A program made the position numbers and the translations under genes. A stretch of DNA of 64,000 nucleotides from Cenococcum geophilum (Eukaryota): positions 22,196,001 to 22,260,000 of the forward strand of contig CP158635.1 in the NCBI GenBank assembly GCA_050273025.1. Direction: 5' to 3'. The notes under the pieces are model-generated. The model did not search any database. It was not told the DNA's origin and saw only the letters and a program-made list of their open reading frames with translations. Positions 34,701 through 49,800 of this stretch are shown one piece after another (within the stretch, counting starts at the first letter, position 1; each line of letters begins with the position of its first letter).

Positions 34701-36880
34701 TAACCTTTATCTAAAAACCTCTCTATAGAAGCCCTCTGGGCCTACTAAACCTATATATACTAAGCCACTAATGCCTACTACCTTAAGTACTACTAGAACT
34801 AATATTAATTTCTCTATACTAACCTTTCTATAAAAACTCCTAGATAGAGAGCGCGAGCTACTCTAAAAACTAGGACGCTGCTATAGATGCCGTTAAAAAG
34901 GCTATTATTATAATAACCTAAACTACTTAATAGCTAGGTTTAGTAGCCGCCGCTTAATACCTAACTTAATACCCTAAACACTAAATATATTGCTATATAT
35001 TACTATTATATAAAATAAAGACGTAGTAATAGCGGTAGAGTTGGATATAGAAGTGTAAAACGCTAAGTTCTAGCCCTAAGTCGCAGGTTAGGACGCCCTA
35101 ACGACGGAGGGATCTATATATTGGCTTACTTAATAGATAACTCTATAAAGATAAATAGACGGAAATAGATAGTTTTACCTATAATAGGAACTACTACTAA
35201 AAAATAATATAAAAGCTGTTCTATAATTAATTATAGAGCTACTAATAAATTTATAGATACCTAATTTGCGCGCACTTATAACCTACTTACCTTACCCCTT
35301 ACTAAAGCCCGCGCCCTATAACTCGCTAATAGTAATTATACCGTATAGAAGATTACCTATATAGCATAACTTTACCTAGATATAAATGGGCACCAGGAAG
35401 AACTCTAGGCCTATATTACACTACTTACTAACTACCCTATTATCCTTAGAATAAACTAGCTTAAATAATATAACCCCGCCATTAACTAGAAGAAGAGAAA
35501 AGTAACCTTTAACTCTAAATACTGTAGAGAGACTTACCTAGGGCATAGCCTAGCCACCTCTATTTACTCCCTAGGATATTAACCTAAGGAACCCCTTATT
35601 ACCCTACCTATAACTAACTGCCACTATATAAGTACCCTAGCCTTCTACTATATAACATATAAGAAAGGCTAGACTATTACTATAGCTTCCTAATTACGAC
35701 TATATAAGCTTAATAAAGAATAGGACTACGTCCTCTATAGTAATAGGATAGATATAGTTAACCTTTTAGAAGACAGCGCCCCTATAAAACTCTATGGACT
35801 TTCACCTTTAGACTTTAAGAAGTTTATAAAGCTTAAAAAAGGACTTACTAACAAAGAACTCCGTAAGCTCCTCCCTAAGAGGTACTATAACTTTACTAAT
35901 ATATGCTTATAAAAGAGCGCAGATATACTCCCCCTATATTAACCTAATAACTATACTATTAATATTAATGTAGCCAGAATATATTGCATTGCAATAGGAG
36001 GCAAATTGCCGCCATGTGTGGCAAGTTGCCGTTACGTAAGGCAAGTTGCCGTTATATATTACCGCGGCACTAGCGTAATAAGGAACCTTAAGTTCCTCAC
36101 CCTTCTTCGTATTAGAAGACAACATCTATCTACAACACCGTATAGTATATATCATTGTGATATATATATTCTACACGTTGTTAAAGCATACTAATACTAA
36201 TTAGTGAGCGCGTATAGATCAGGAAACACGTAAATAGCTTAGAAGACAGTTATACTGTCCACCTTGCAGCAGATTGGAAGATAGTTATACTTATCTACCT
36301 TTTATATTAGCCTATTTCAGTTAAAGAGAAGAAGAGAAACTACCTAGGAGTACTTATCTAGTATCCACAACGACTTCTAGATATCTCGTTCTATCTATTT
36401 TAGAAAACTACTACGTAGAGCACTTTACCCTACTTAATTAACTCAAACTATCCCCTTAACCGTCTCCTTAACCGCCTCCTTAACCGCCTCCTTAACTATT
36501 CCCCTACCTTTACCTTTTAAACACCCTTACCTTTACCCTTACTTACCTAAACAATATATAATAAATAAGATGTTAGGAATAGAGAAAGACTAGAAAGAAA
36601 AAGTAGCTAAATAGGAAAATAGGATTAACCTAATAGAAGCCTTTAAAGATAAACTAACTGATTAACTATAATGTAAGATGTACCTATACACAGAGATATA
36701 TAACTAGCTTAACTTAACACTCTAAAAATCGTTCTAGGGAGATTTTAAGGACTTTATAGTTAATATCTTTACGTAAATCCCCTTATACTAGCTTTATCAA
36801 CTATATAACTACCTAAACATTAGAGGAGTATGGGTTAATATTAACCACAAATAAAATAAAACACTCCCTTAGTCTTTATA

Positions 36881-37891
36881 GTAGTAAGATCTTTAATTAA
36901 CGTCTGATACGGATCCTATCTAGGCCCACGCAGACTACTCTGTACACAAGGGAAACTTATAAGTTGACAAGAAGAAAACCCTTGTTAATATAGGGGACGG
37001 AAAAACCCTCTGAGCCACCTCAGTAGGATGAAAAACCCCTGATTTGCCATGTCCGTCCGTAGCAGCGGCCCTGCGGGCCTACAGCTACGTCCTGTCCTCC
37101 TTAGGTGTTCGAACTCCTTGGGAACCACTGCTTCCTTCTCTAGCTTATCCAAAGCTAGGGTTCACTACGCCCTAGCTAGGCCTTGCCAATCGATTGCTGT
37201 ATACTTTGTGTTCCGTATCTTAACCATCCCCTATATGCTATCTCTCGTAGACCTTTGCCATATACGCCATGCCTCCCCCCCCCTAGGGCCATCGAAGGCG
37301 TAAGGGGGATTCATCCATTCTAACCACCGTAATACTGATAAGCGAGCGGGATATTGTGTATTTGGGTATCTTTTGTGCCTAGGCCCCAGCTAGGCCCTTC
37401 CTAAGGGTCACCACTCCGTCGAAAGGAGACAGGGAAAACCGTGGGTCGCAATCCAGGCTGCTAGGTAGTATTCGGTAGAAATAACGGCGAGTGACCGCAT
37501 GCTCCGCGGGCGATCGCCCTGGGGGTTAGGAGGGGCCGTATATTTGCTCGTTGCTCGTTCGTTCGCGATCGCTCGTTCGTCGATGTGAGGTCGTCGATGC
37601 TTTCTGTTGGGGGTCGGGGGATGTTTTTGAGAGCCATTATCCACGTTGGATTACACAGGTGCTTAATAGGAGAACTAGTAGCTGTATTGTGAAGGGGTAC
37701 CGTCAGTAGTGGTTTTCGAGATCTCACCATCCCATGTGAAAACTTTTCACTACGCCCCACGACGCATACAACCACCAGGTCCTACTTGCACGCGCTGTGC
37801 AACGTCTCTGCGTTGGCTCTGGGTCTGAACTTCGAAGACCCAGGTTCGTAGCCGTCACCACGTACAGGTGCAGAGTCCGTTTTCGACGGCC
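36881..37891 (-). mobile_element. ~1.0 kb non-autonomous SINE/SIDE-like retroposon, copy 2
   Basis: 15-bp TSD CCCTTAGTCTTTATA (36866-36880 / 37892-37906); same 5' start GGCCGTCG and same LINE-like 3' end as copy 1. Confidence 0.92.
37806..37891 (-). ncRNA. HDV-like ribozyme (predicted), variant P1.1
   Basis: Identical to 11136-11220 except in P4, which here is a perfect CTGGGTCT/AGACCCAG stem. Confidence 0.8.
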
Positions 37892-40800
37892 CCCTTAGTC
37901 TTTATATAATATAGCATAAAAAAAAGACCAAACTAAATAGAGCAGAGAGATAATTAAATTAGCTAATAATAAGTACGGACCGACGTTATTAAGATCAATT
38001 AAGGTATACATAATAGAGGGTACCTTAGAGGAGTAACGATAAGCTAAAGCTACCGTAACCCAACCAACCGGTATACTAACTACCTTTACCTTTATACCAT
38101 CTATTATACCTTAATCTACGACTACGTCCACCTTTATACTATCTGCTACGCCTTAACCCGTAATAATATAGTAACTCTACGTACAATCTACAGATAAGGA
38201 GAACCACCCTATTACTATGACTGGCTATGGCAAGGAAATTGCGAATGCAGCTAAGATATATATAGAGGAGTAGAAATACGGTAGCATAAATAAAAGCCTT
38301 AACTATAAATTAATAATATTCTATAACATCTGCAATTAAGTGGACGTACCCTAAGAAGCCTACCTTAAGGCATTCCCTACTATGCTAAAAGGACTAGCTT
38401 TAGACCACTTCTATATAAACCAACTGTCCCGCCTACCATTTGCTAAAGCTTATAAGCACCTTTAGAATTTCTTTAAAGGATTAGGATTTCAATGCAAGAA
38501 CCTAGACAAGTAGAACACTATTATACTTATAATAGTAATAGCAGGAAATATAGATAAGTTAATAAGCGAATATCTCTAATTGTTAATCTATAGACTTTGT
38601 TAACTATAGTATGGCTTTAAACCTACCTTACACACTATAGACTTCCTTTATAATAAAATTTTTACTTCTTATTAGGGAATACTAGCATATAGATATACAG
38701 TCTCTAACCCACCGGACAACCTTAGAGCCCTTATTAATAAACTTTAATCGTCTATTATAGTATATAAGAAAGAGTATATAGAGAAGATATAAGCCTTCTT
38801 TATAGACCGACGGTTCTATAAAAGAGATAATAACTATAACCGTAGCAACCGCAATAACCCTCCGTATAACCGCAACCGAAAGAAATTACGTTGCTTTGTA
38901 TATAATAGGGAAGGATATCGCTTATAGAGACATACTAAGGAGGAGTAAGAAGAGTTTAAAGCTAAGTTTAGAACTGCTAATAGAGATAGGTTTGGCAAAT
39001 TCAACAACCGATTTAAGAAACGACTTAACCAATATATTATAGATTACGAGGATAACAATACCAACTCAGAAGAAGAGCTTAAGGAAGCTTTTTAAGCACT
39101 AACTATTAATGTAAGTTATAAGGCAACTAACAAGAACTCACAACTAAATATTAATTACTACTATACCTCCCTCGGCCAAGTGGAACAGCAGAAAGCGATT
39201 TTTATAGCCGCCACCCTAGCTAATAAAGCCTTTAGCTATTTAGTCACAACCATAGATAATATAGTACCTCTTATAACCGACTAGGACCCCTTTACCTACA
39301 ATGCAACTATATTCACGTCCCGCTATACTATAGATAAGTTTATAGGTATAATAATTGACATAAAAGCATCTAAACGATCTATAGCAGGATATAGCCAATT
39401 CTTGGCATTTTAGAGACTTAATACTAATATACAGCTCAATACCACCATATAAGGCATGGTTAATGTACAGTTTGGCATTAGATTAACCTTATTAATTAAA
39501 TTAGCTAAAGTAATTACCCTAATTGGCATAATCGAGTTTTATATTATTAAGGTCGATACCCTATTTTTACTTTACTTAGCAGATATAGATTACCTACAAG
39601 TATACTATAATAACCTAAAAAATATGCTAATTACCCCTCGGAGCGAAGTACCCGTCATATATTACTTTGGCCACCCTTTTCTACTTTAAAACACATCCCT
39701 ATGTACTTATTTAACTAAGTTATTTAAATAAAACCCCTGCTACCTTACCGACGTAGAATTAAAGCGACTACATCGCCGTTTTAGCTACCCTTTAGCTAAG
39801 CATCTTATATAAATACTTAAACGCTTAGGGCATGATGTTAACAGTAAGACCTTAGATTATCTTATACGCTACTACTACCATTATTAAAAATATAGAAAGT
39901 CGCCTAGTAGATTTAGATTTACCTTATATAATGATATTAATTTTAACTATTTAATCGTGGTTAATATTATGTATATTAATGGCGCACCCCTTTTATATAT
40001 TGTTAATGAAGGAATACGATTTTAAGCTAGCAGATGGCTATAAAATATTAGCGCTAAGTATATATGGGATGTATTATAAATATACTAGATCAACATATAC
40101 CTAGGACCTCCTAATATTATTACACATAATATAGGCAAGAATTTTATAAGCAAGGAATTTAAATAATACGCTATAATATTTGGAATAGTTATAAGAAGTG
40201 TACCTGTTAAAGCCCATAATTTAGTTAGAATGGTAGAACGCTACTATGGCTCCCTCCGTTGTATATACCATATTATTACTGCAGAACTACTAGATATTAG
40301 TAAGGATATAGCCCTGCAAATAGCTTTTAAAGCAATTAACGATTCTATAGGCCCTAACGGTCTTATACCCACCTTACTAGTATTTAGAGCTTACCTACGT
40401 ATGGTGGAATCCGATGTACCTAACCCTATAGTTATACAATAAGCAGTAGCTCTTAAAAAGGCTATAGAAGAAGTTAAGAAGCTTAGAGCTAAGCGCTAAG
40501 TGGCAGATGCCCTTAATATGCGCAACAGACCTAAAATAACTACAATTTATAACCTACCACTTAACTCACCTATATTGGTATAGAGAAAAGGACCTACAGG
40601 CCAACCTGGCTACTAGTCTGGTCCGTATAACCTACTTAGCATTAAAAATAAGACCTATACTATACAACTTCCCTACGGACCCACTAACTTCCGTAGTATA
40701 GTCGTAAAACCATATCTGGTAGACCCTAAGATTATAGAGGATACGTAACTAGAAGATAATAAAAGCGAACCACCTTAAACTAAACCTAAACCCCTACCTT

Positions 40801-43800
40801 AAACTAAGCCTAGACCTTAACCCGTTAAGCGTAGAAAAGGTAGACTACGTAAGTACCCTATTAAAGCTAATACCGCGAACATTTTAATATATTTATAAGA
40901 TAAGGACAATAATCAACTTATAAAGTCCAATTAGTTTATAATATCACGCCAGAAGGAAATTAAGGGATTACTTAAGAAAGGAGTTTTCGAACTGGTTAAC
41001 CCTAAAGATATACCATAAAGCAACAGAGTATTTAACTCTAGATTTATTAACGAGATTAAGAACCCCGGTTCTAATAAAGCCTTTAAGAAGTTAAGACTAG
41101 TTATACAGGCATATAATGACCTAGAAAAAGACCTTATATTAACCTAATTACCTATAATCTAACGAGTTAGCTAACGCCTTATTCTCTATATTACGGCCAT
41201 AACTTAGAATAATAGCACACATCTTTACTTATAAGATATTTTATAGGCCTATATACAATTAGCTATAAGACTAAATTGAGACTTCTATATTAGGGCACCT
41301 CTTAAACTTAGTATAGCACTTAGAGTCTTACAAAGCACAATTCTAAAGGTTGTTAGACCTTTATACGGCATTCCTAAGGTAGGCAATCATTTGTTTAAGA
41401 CTTACTATAACCCCTACTTACTCCACCTTAATAACCCTACAAATTTCAGAATAGTTTGTTTAGAGACTAATAACACCCTCCTACTAGCTAACTTAGTCTT
41501 TACAGCTTTAGAACAGGAGAAGATTAAAAAAGCTAAGTTCCTAACTAAGGAACGCGAATAACTTACGCTGGAATACCTAATTAAGTTTAATGGAGGCATT
41601 ATCCGACAATAGGATTATATAATTACGCTTATATAGGAGCGCCAATGCTAGAACTTAACCCTTATTAATATTAAGGAAGCTATTATAATAACTAGTTCTA
41701 AAGGCACTATTCGCATAGTACTTATACTTAAGGACTAATACATCGCCTAATAAGTAAGAGGAGCTTATATTGCGTCCATATACCAGCCTAAAGCTTCTTT
41801 TAATTTATCCTACGCTACCCAGGTAATTAACCCTAATAAGAAAGACGCAAAACTGCTTAATAAGAGGATTTAGTGGCAAATTAAGAACCTAATAAGAGGT
41901 TTAAACTTTGTTAAACTTGACATAGAGACATTATAACTACTTATATTCACTAATTCCTTATTTATAAATAATAAGGATCTCTTATTATAGATTGGATATA
42001 TCCTAGTACTAGTAAACTCATCAAATAAGGCGAACATCGTCTATTAGTCCTTAGTTAAGTGCAAGAGAATTATTAGAAGCGTACTAGCCTCCGAATTATA
42101 TGCTATGGCCCATAGTTTTAACATTGGCGCTGTAATTAAGGCCATAGTCAAATTGTAACTTAACATCAGCCTACCGCTTATCCTTTACACTAATTTAAAG
42201 TTAATCTACGAATGCCTTATTAAACTAGGAACTACACAGGAGAAGAGACTTATAATTGATGTTATGTGCCTATGTTAGTTATATAAAAGACGCGAAATAG
42301 CTAAAGTTAAGTGGATTAATAGAGACAGTAACCCTATGGACGCTATAACTAAAAGCAAACCGTTATTAGCTCTTAAGTAACTCATTAATACAAACCAAAT
42401 CGAGTTAAAGATAGCAGAATGGGTAGAACGTGCTACTGACAATAGCACTAATATAAAGGCATAGGGTAAGGAAGGAAGGAAGGAAGGAAGGAAGGAAGAA
42501 AAGAAAGAGAAGTGTATATATAGATTTTTAAACTGCACAGTTATAGGATACTAGTCCTCCGCATTTTCTAAAGTACACCTAGTATAGCTAGAATATATTG
42601 CATTGTAATAGGAGGCAAATTGCCGCTATATGTAGCAAGTTGCCGTTACGTAAGGCAAGTTGCCGTCACGTGTTACCGCGGCACTAGCGTGGTAAGGAAC
42701 CTTAAGTTCCTCACCCTTCTTTGTATTGGAAGATAACATCTATCTACAACACCGTATAGTACATATTATTGTGATATATATATTCTATACGTTGTTAAAG
42801 CATACCAACAATTAAATAAGGAAAAATGCTACCTTATAAGAGACCCTACTTAATATTAAAAGACGAACTTCTAGTTATAAAAAAGTATATTAACGAGCAC
42901 CTTAATAAAGGATTTATTCGTCTTAGCATATTACTAGCAGCCGCCCCTATCCTTCTCGCTAAGAAGCTAGGAGGAGGTATTTGATTCTATATTAACTATA
43001 GAGGACTTAACGCTATTACGATTAAAAACTGATACCCAGTACCGCTTATACGTAAGACCCTTAAGCGGCTTAGTTAAGCTAAAATCTATACTAAGCTTAA
43101 TATTATCGCCGCCTTTAACTATCTCTAAATATGGGAAGGTGATAAATAGAAAACCATATTTGCATCGCGCTTTGGCTAATTTAAATATACCGTTATACCC
43201 TTTAGCGTATATAACGGTCTAGGCACCTTCTAAAGCTATATTAATAACGCCTTATAGGACTACCTTAATGACTTCTGCCCTGCGTACCTAGACGATATAC
43301 TTATTTATAGTAATAACCCCTTTAAGTATACTAAACACGTTTAAAAGGTCCTATAGCGCCTAAGGGACGCAGGACTTTATATTAATTTAAAGAAATATAA
43401 ATTCTTAGTTATAGAAGTAAAATACCTTAGACTAATTATTACCACTAAAGGTATCCGTATAGACCCTAAGAAGGTACGCATAATTACTAAATAGTAAGCC
43501 CCTAACTATATTAAGGACGTATAAGCCTTCCTTAGTTTTACTAACTTCTATTAGAAATTTATATACAACTTCTTAGGCGTAGTAGCACTACTTATAGCAA
43601 TAATATAAACGAAGGGCCTTTCTATAAAAGGAAGAAAAACGTACCTATGCTTTACCTAGACGCCCGAATACGAGAAGGCGTTCTAAGACCTTAAAAATGC
43701 CTTTACTAAAGCACCTATCCTAGCTTACTTTATACTAGGACGACAACTCTACCTTAAAACCGACTCCTTAGACCACGTTAACGCAGGCGTCCTCTCTTAG

Positions 43801-46800
43801 ATGGGTAATAACGGTTTCCTTTACCTAGTTATATTTTACTCGTCTAAGCTTATACTATAAGAGTGTAACTATAAGATCTATAATAAAGAACTCCTTATAA
43901 TTGTATAAGCGTTTAAAGAATTTTAACTAGAACTCTCCTTAGTAGAGCCTAACTAGCTAATTAAAGTCCTTACGGACTATTATAACCTTAAGTACTTTAT
44001 AACTACGAAGTAGCTAAACTAATACTAAGCACGTTGGAACGAGTTCCTCTTTAGTTTTAACTTTAAAATTATATATAGACTAGGAGTATAAGGTACTAAA
44101 CCTAATAGCCTAATATGCCGCTTATAAGACCTTCCTTAGTCTAAAAATAACCCTTATAATTAGTTCTAACAATAGACAATTCTAAAAGTATAAAATTTGG
44201 CCCTAGGTATACTACCTATAATAGAGCTAACTGTACCCTAGCTTTATACCATAGAACTAAAGTTACCTCCTAAAATTAATAAGCTTATTACTACGGTATA
44301 TAACGCCTCTATTAACCTATTACTATATTAAATTATTACTATAAAGACCGCCGGCGCCTATATACTACCTATTAACCTCTAAAGCTTAGGCTAGATTAAT
44401 ATAGTAGCCTTAAAAGTAAAAAAGAATAGGCTCTATTATAGAGGCCGCCTATTTATCCCTAACTTAGAAAATTTATAACGGCAACTAATCTAAATAGCCT
44501 ATAACCTCCAATTAAGCGGCTATCTAGGTAGAGGAGGAACCTACGAGCTTTTTAACCGATATTACTTCTGGCTAAAAATAATAGACTTAGTTAAACGCTT
44601 TATAGGCGCCTACTATAGTTATAAGCGCGCTAAGGCCTTTAATATAAAGTACTAAGGACTACTATACCCTTTACTAGTACCTATACGACGATGGGCAGAT
44701 ATCGCTATAGATTTCGTTATTAACCTACTACCCTATAAACGACACGGCCGTACCTATAAGAACATCCTTATAATAATATACCAACTTATAAAAGAGCGCC
44801 ACTACGTCCTAACTAAAGGCGTAGCTGTTAGCGACGTTACTAACGCCTTTCTCCGCAAAGTTTACCAACTATATAGGTTACCTAACTTGATTACGTCCAA
44901 CTAAGGTATATAATTTAACTCTAATATATAGAGACGAATCTGCTAACGCCTTAGCATCTCCGTTAAGATATTTATATCCTTTTATTATAAAACTGCTAAG
45001 TAACCGGAAAACGCTAATGCTAGTATAAAAGCGTACCTACGATAGGTAGTCGCCTATAGTTAAAATAACTAGGTAGATTACCTCTATTAGGTAAATTCGC
45101 AGCAAATAATTACGTCTTAACCACTATAGGACTTACCCCATTCTTCGCGAATAAGGGTTATTACCCCTAATCTGGTATAGAGCTACTAGAACCTATTAAT
45201 AAGAAACTGCTATATAGAAAACGCCTTAAAATACTACTTGCTAACTAGTATATAGACTATATAAAAAACCTACTTGACTACTATAAGGGAAAAATGGCCT
45301 AGGCTTAAGCAAAGTAGGCCTACTTTGCCGACTATTATAGAACGCCACTACCGGAGATGCGTGTTGGCGATTAGGTATAGCTAAATATACGCAATATCTC
45401 TATATAGAGGCCTATAAAGTCACTTAATTATAAGAACCTTAGCCCCTATTTAATTAAACGAGTTATTAATAGGGGAGCCGTATATAAGCTAGAACTCCTA
45501 CCTGCCCTAGCTACCTACGGGATATAGCCCGTATTTTACCTATAGCTACTATACCTCTATTAGCCTAACCCCTTACTAGGGTAGATATAGCCTAAACCCC
45601 TATTAGTACTAATCTAAGATAAGAACAAAGATAAGAACTATAAGGAGTGGACCGTTAAACGAATTATTAACTCTAAATACTTTGGTAAAGGTAGAGGACG
45701 ATGGCTTTACTATAGAGCTATATATATAGGATTTGATATAAATTAGCCAAAATAGCAACTATAGGAAGACTTTAAAAATGTAAAGGATCTAATTAGTGAC
45801 TTTTACTACGTAAACCTACAGAAACTAGGCCTAAGTAGAGACTTTATACCTAATCCTCTATAGGAGCCTTTATAGAGTTAAACCGTTGTATATTGCCATA
45901 TAAGGGCAAATTGCCGTTAGATTACCGTTAGATTGTGGTAAAGTGCGATTACGTAACTGGAATATTATTAAGATGTCTAGGAACTTTAACCGGCGGTTAA
46001 AGTTATCTAATTGGTTAGATTTTTAGATGCCAAGCCCTATTACATAACGTTGTTTTAAGCCTTTAGCGATACCCCCCTTTTCTTCTTTTCTATACCTTAA
46101 GTGTCCCTTTTATATATATATAGTAACCACAGCGTCGCCGGAGCTCCGCCTCTATAAGAGGGGGGATAGTGTTACGGAACCCCACTATAGGGGCCTCTAT
46201 AGGAGAGCCCCGTGCTCTTACATACACCTTACATACAGCTTATGTCAGCTACGCGTAGGTATATTACCTCCTTACGCCCTTGACCCTTACAATTGATCGC
46301 GTAACGTTTTGTAGACTTCTCGAATATATACGCTTTGTAGCCACTGCCCCCGTCCCGTGACATACTCGTATAAAGGAGTAAGCGCTTAAAAAGCTTTAGG
46401 GACTTTAGGCATAAACAGTATTAAAATTTAGGACGGACGAAGTTAATTCTATAATCCTTATAAAGGTTTTAAATAAGGAAGTCATCTAGTAAGCTCTTGT
46501 TAACTTAGTTATTGTATAAAACCTTCTATTTTGGATTATAGAGTATAAAGAGTTCTATGTCTTCTGTTAGGCTCTTAACCTAAAGTTATCCAATTTAATA
46601 ACAACAATATATATAGAAATTTCTTAAATAATTACCTATTCCTTTTAGCTATAGAAAGATATTATATAAAGAAGAGTTTAATTAGCGTTAATAAGTATTT
46701 ATCTTTTTATCGATATCTAGACGTCCCTAAATAACTACCTTCTTCTTACAGTCTGCGCCCACTTTATTAATAGCCAGGAAAACCGGATAAAAGCTTTTCT

Positions 46801-49800
46801 TGCCCTTTGTACGGTACCTAGTTATAGTAAAGCCAAATAATAGAATACTCTTTTTCTAGTCCTAGAGGAGTATAGGATTATATAAAAGCTTAGAGCTATT
46901 ATTGCAGATAATTCTATAATAAATGATACTCTTTATTGTATAATCTATAAGTATCCTGCTAATAATAAGGATATTACCTAGGATCTTATCTAATAACGTA
47001 TCCGCTGCTAGGGGTATACTATTAATCTTACCGTCTAGGCCTTCCTCTTTAAAGATACTCTTAAACTTAAGGCTATAGAGTTATATAAAAGGAATAATAT
47101 AAGCGGAAAGGAGCGAAGTTATAAGGAAGAGATTAAGTAGAAATAGGCCTTCTAAGCAATAGGCCCACTTGGTAAGCTTTATAATATTATAGTATACTTC
47201 TATACCTTAGCAAGTCGTATAAAGAAGTTTAAAACTTTAGTTAAAAGACGAGTTTTACTTAATAATCGTATAAGATGGAATAGCTAGTATTAAATGCTAA
47301 GCGTTTCACTTAAGTATAAGTTAGGAATTAATAACTATATTAAAAGCAACTTTAATACGCTTAAGGAGGATCATATCTCGCCATAAGACTGGTAGCTTCT
47401 TTGTATAATATGCACCTTTCTAAAGCCATTCTACCGTGCAACATTAGAGATATAAGGAGATTATATAACACTTAATCGAGTACTCTTTATAATAGATGTA
47501 CTTATTAAACATATGGAGAACTCTCTTATATATCTTTTCTCCTAGTTACTTTATTTAAGATAAAGCTAATATTATATAATAGGCACTCTTTAAACTAAAT
47601 AAAGCTCTCTTACTTTAAGTAAAGAATATATAGGCGAAGTTTAACAAGTACTACTAGAGAATAAATAACTCCCCTCTTTACGCCGCTACACTTATTCTTC
47701 ACCCAAATCGTTATATAAAGTATATTAAGACATTTTAGAAGAAGGAGTGGTAAAAAATAATATTTCTAAAGGTTTAATAGCTCTAGGAAACATACCGAGA
47801 ATTAGAGAAGCCTATTACCTCTTCTTAAACAATATTATATAATAAGCTATCACAAGATAAGTTTAAGGAACTTAATAAGTACAATCAAATTATAAATAAA
47901 TTAAATAAAAAGGTTACTTAACTAGCAAGCCAGGATAAGTATAATAACTACTGCTCTAAAGTACCGTACGAAATTAAAGTTTCTTTACTTTAGTGGTAGT
48001 CTTAAGAATAACAAATAAAGCGCTAGCCGCGGCTTTTACTCTTTATAAGAAAGGTACTTTTAATTTTAGCTATAAGTGACGAACCAGAGAGAGTATTTTT
48101 AGGAGGGCGTTGTATAGTATTATAGGAGAGAATGTAGCTTAGATTATAGAACCTTAAGAAGACAGAGTGTATAAAGAGCTGGCACTGGAGTGGAATTTTA
48201 AAAGGAATATAGTAGTCGTACGAAGAAAGGTATATAAGAGATATGTTGTATAACACTAAGGGTAGGGGTATAAGATATATAAATAAAATAATTTTAGGCA
48301 AAAGGTAACCACTAAAGGCGTATAGGTGGCATAGGTAAACATATACTAACTTTAAACTTAATAGATTATAAGTTTAAATCCCACCGACGTCGTCCTTTAT
48401 TGAGAATTGGGAAATATAATTATCTAGTACACTTCCCGTCCTACCGTATAAGAGATTCTTTGGCAATATTGCCATACTATAAGTAAACTCTCCTTTCCGT
48501 ATAATATACCTATATAACTAACTACTCTTAGGATAGGTAGGAGAGGGTAGAAGCTTTACCGGCGATTAATATGGAGGCTTGGGTGGGGGGGGGTATTAGA
48601 GAAGCAGGTGTAGATGGGGAGGCCTTTATATATAAATGCAATTCTAATTTAGAGCCGTAAATCTCTAAATACAATTGTAAGTAACCTATATTACTTATAC
48701 GAGGTAGAGAGCTAATTAACGCTAGCCCTGTAAGGCCTATATAGCGACTCCGCGTCGTCTAGAAGGCCCTTACCCCTTTACTGAGTGTCGGAGTCTCCCA
48801 GGGTTCTATGGTGGGTGCTATAGAAATTATAAGTGGCGGGATTATGGAGCTCGATGTTCGTCGTATAATAAAAATTCTTAGCCTATAGTGGCGGCAGCGG
48901 GAGTACTAGAGGGTAAGGATTGGATCGTGGAACTAAAGGATAATAAGGAATAAATAAAAGTTACTAATTTCAATCTCCTCTCTTTTTTACTATTTTTATT
49001 TTATTTTATAGTATCTTATATAAAGAAAAGTATAAATAGAGGGTAGAAAGGAGATACCTAATTAGTAGGGAAGGTAGATTACTCGCTTATTTAGTAGCGG
49101 ATTAAAAAAATCAATCGATATGATATGATATGATATGATATGATCTCGCGTATCGTATCGATCTTATTGATACGGGATTTCGCCCACCCTGATCGGCAGG
49201 GGGGGTTTGTTCTTTTATCCAGATAATAGGTCGTTTGTAGCCTTTTGTAGCTTATCCAGTAAGAAGATAGGGTAAACCTTAATCAAATCTGGGAGTTCTA
49301 CTTTATACGAGTTGCCTATTTTCTTAAGGACCTTATACAGTCCTGCCATCTAATAATCGAGCTTATAACTAGGCCGTTCCGTCTTTTAGTTCTTTATTAT
49401 AACCTAGACTACATTACCTACGGTAAAGTCGGGCTCGCGCCTATACTTGTTTGCCTGCTGTTTTATTAATTTTTAGGCCTTTTCCAGATTTATACGGGCT
49501 ACCATCTAAGCTTCCTCTAAGCGCTTGGCGTACTACTAGGCTTCCTTATAAAACAGTTTCTCGCGTACAGTCCGTGGTCCTTCTGGCCTATCCTAGTTAA
49601 AGCTTATTTAGGGTAAATACCCTATTTCTAGTTAGATAGGTGCAAATCCCGTAGAGTTATAAGGTAGGGTCGCCTAGGCGTAGTCTATTAGAGGTAGTAG
49701 TTAATAAAGGGCCGGAGTCTCTGGTCTAAGTATTAATTTATAATCTCCGTCTAACTATCTATCTAGGGGTAGTACGCCGTAAAAAGCTTTAGCCTAATTC

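Larger units (their letters stand above)
35969..42810 (+). mobile_element. Ty1/Copia element (Copia-B) inserted in Gypsy-B
   Basis: LTRs 35969-36196 and 42583-42810, TSD ATTAA; integrase (VERYYGSL ~40230), RT (RPLYGIP ~41355), RNase H (WINRDSNPMDAITK ~42310-42355). Confidence 0.95.
33155..46362 (+). mobile_element. Ty3/Gypsy chromovirus (Gypsy-B) inserted in the hAT transposase
   Basis: LTRs 33155-33347 and 46170-46362, TSD TACT, PPT GAGGGGGGA; RT AYLDDILIYS ~43282-43311; integrase; chromodomain ~45640-45800. Confidence 0.95.
32732..49191 (+). mobile_element. hAT DNA transposon inserted in Gypsy-A
   Basis: TIRs (T/C)AGGGTGGGCGAAATC, 8-bp TSD ATCGGCAG; BED finger YCNQC..KKHLVKDH ~33050-33120; C-terminal dimerisation motif LAISDEPERVF ~48065-48100; GATA(C/T)-rich subterminal repeats. 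Confidence 0.95.
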
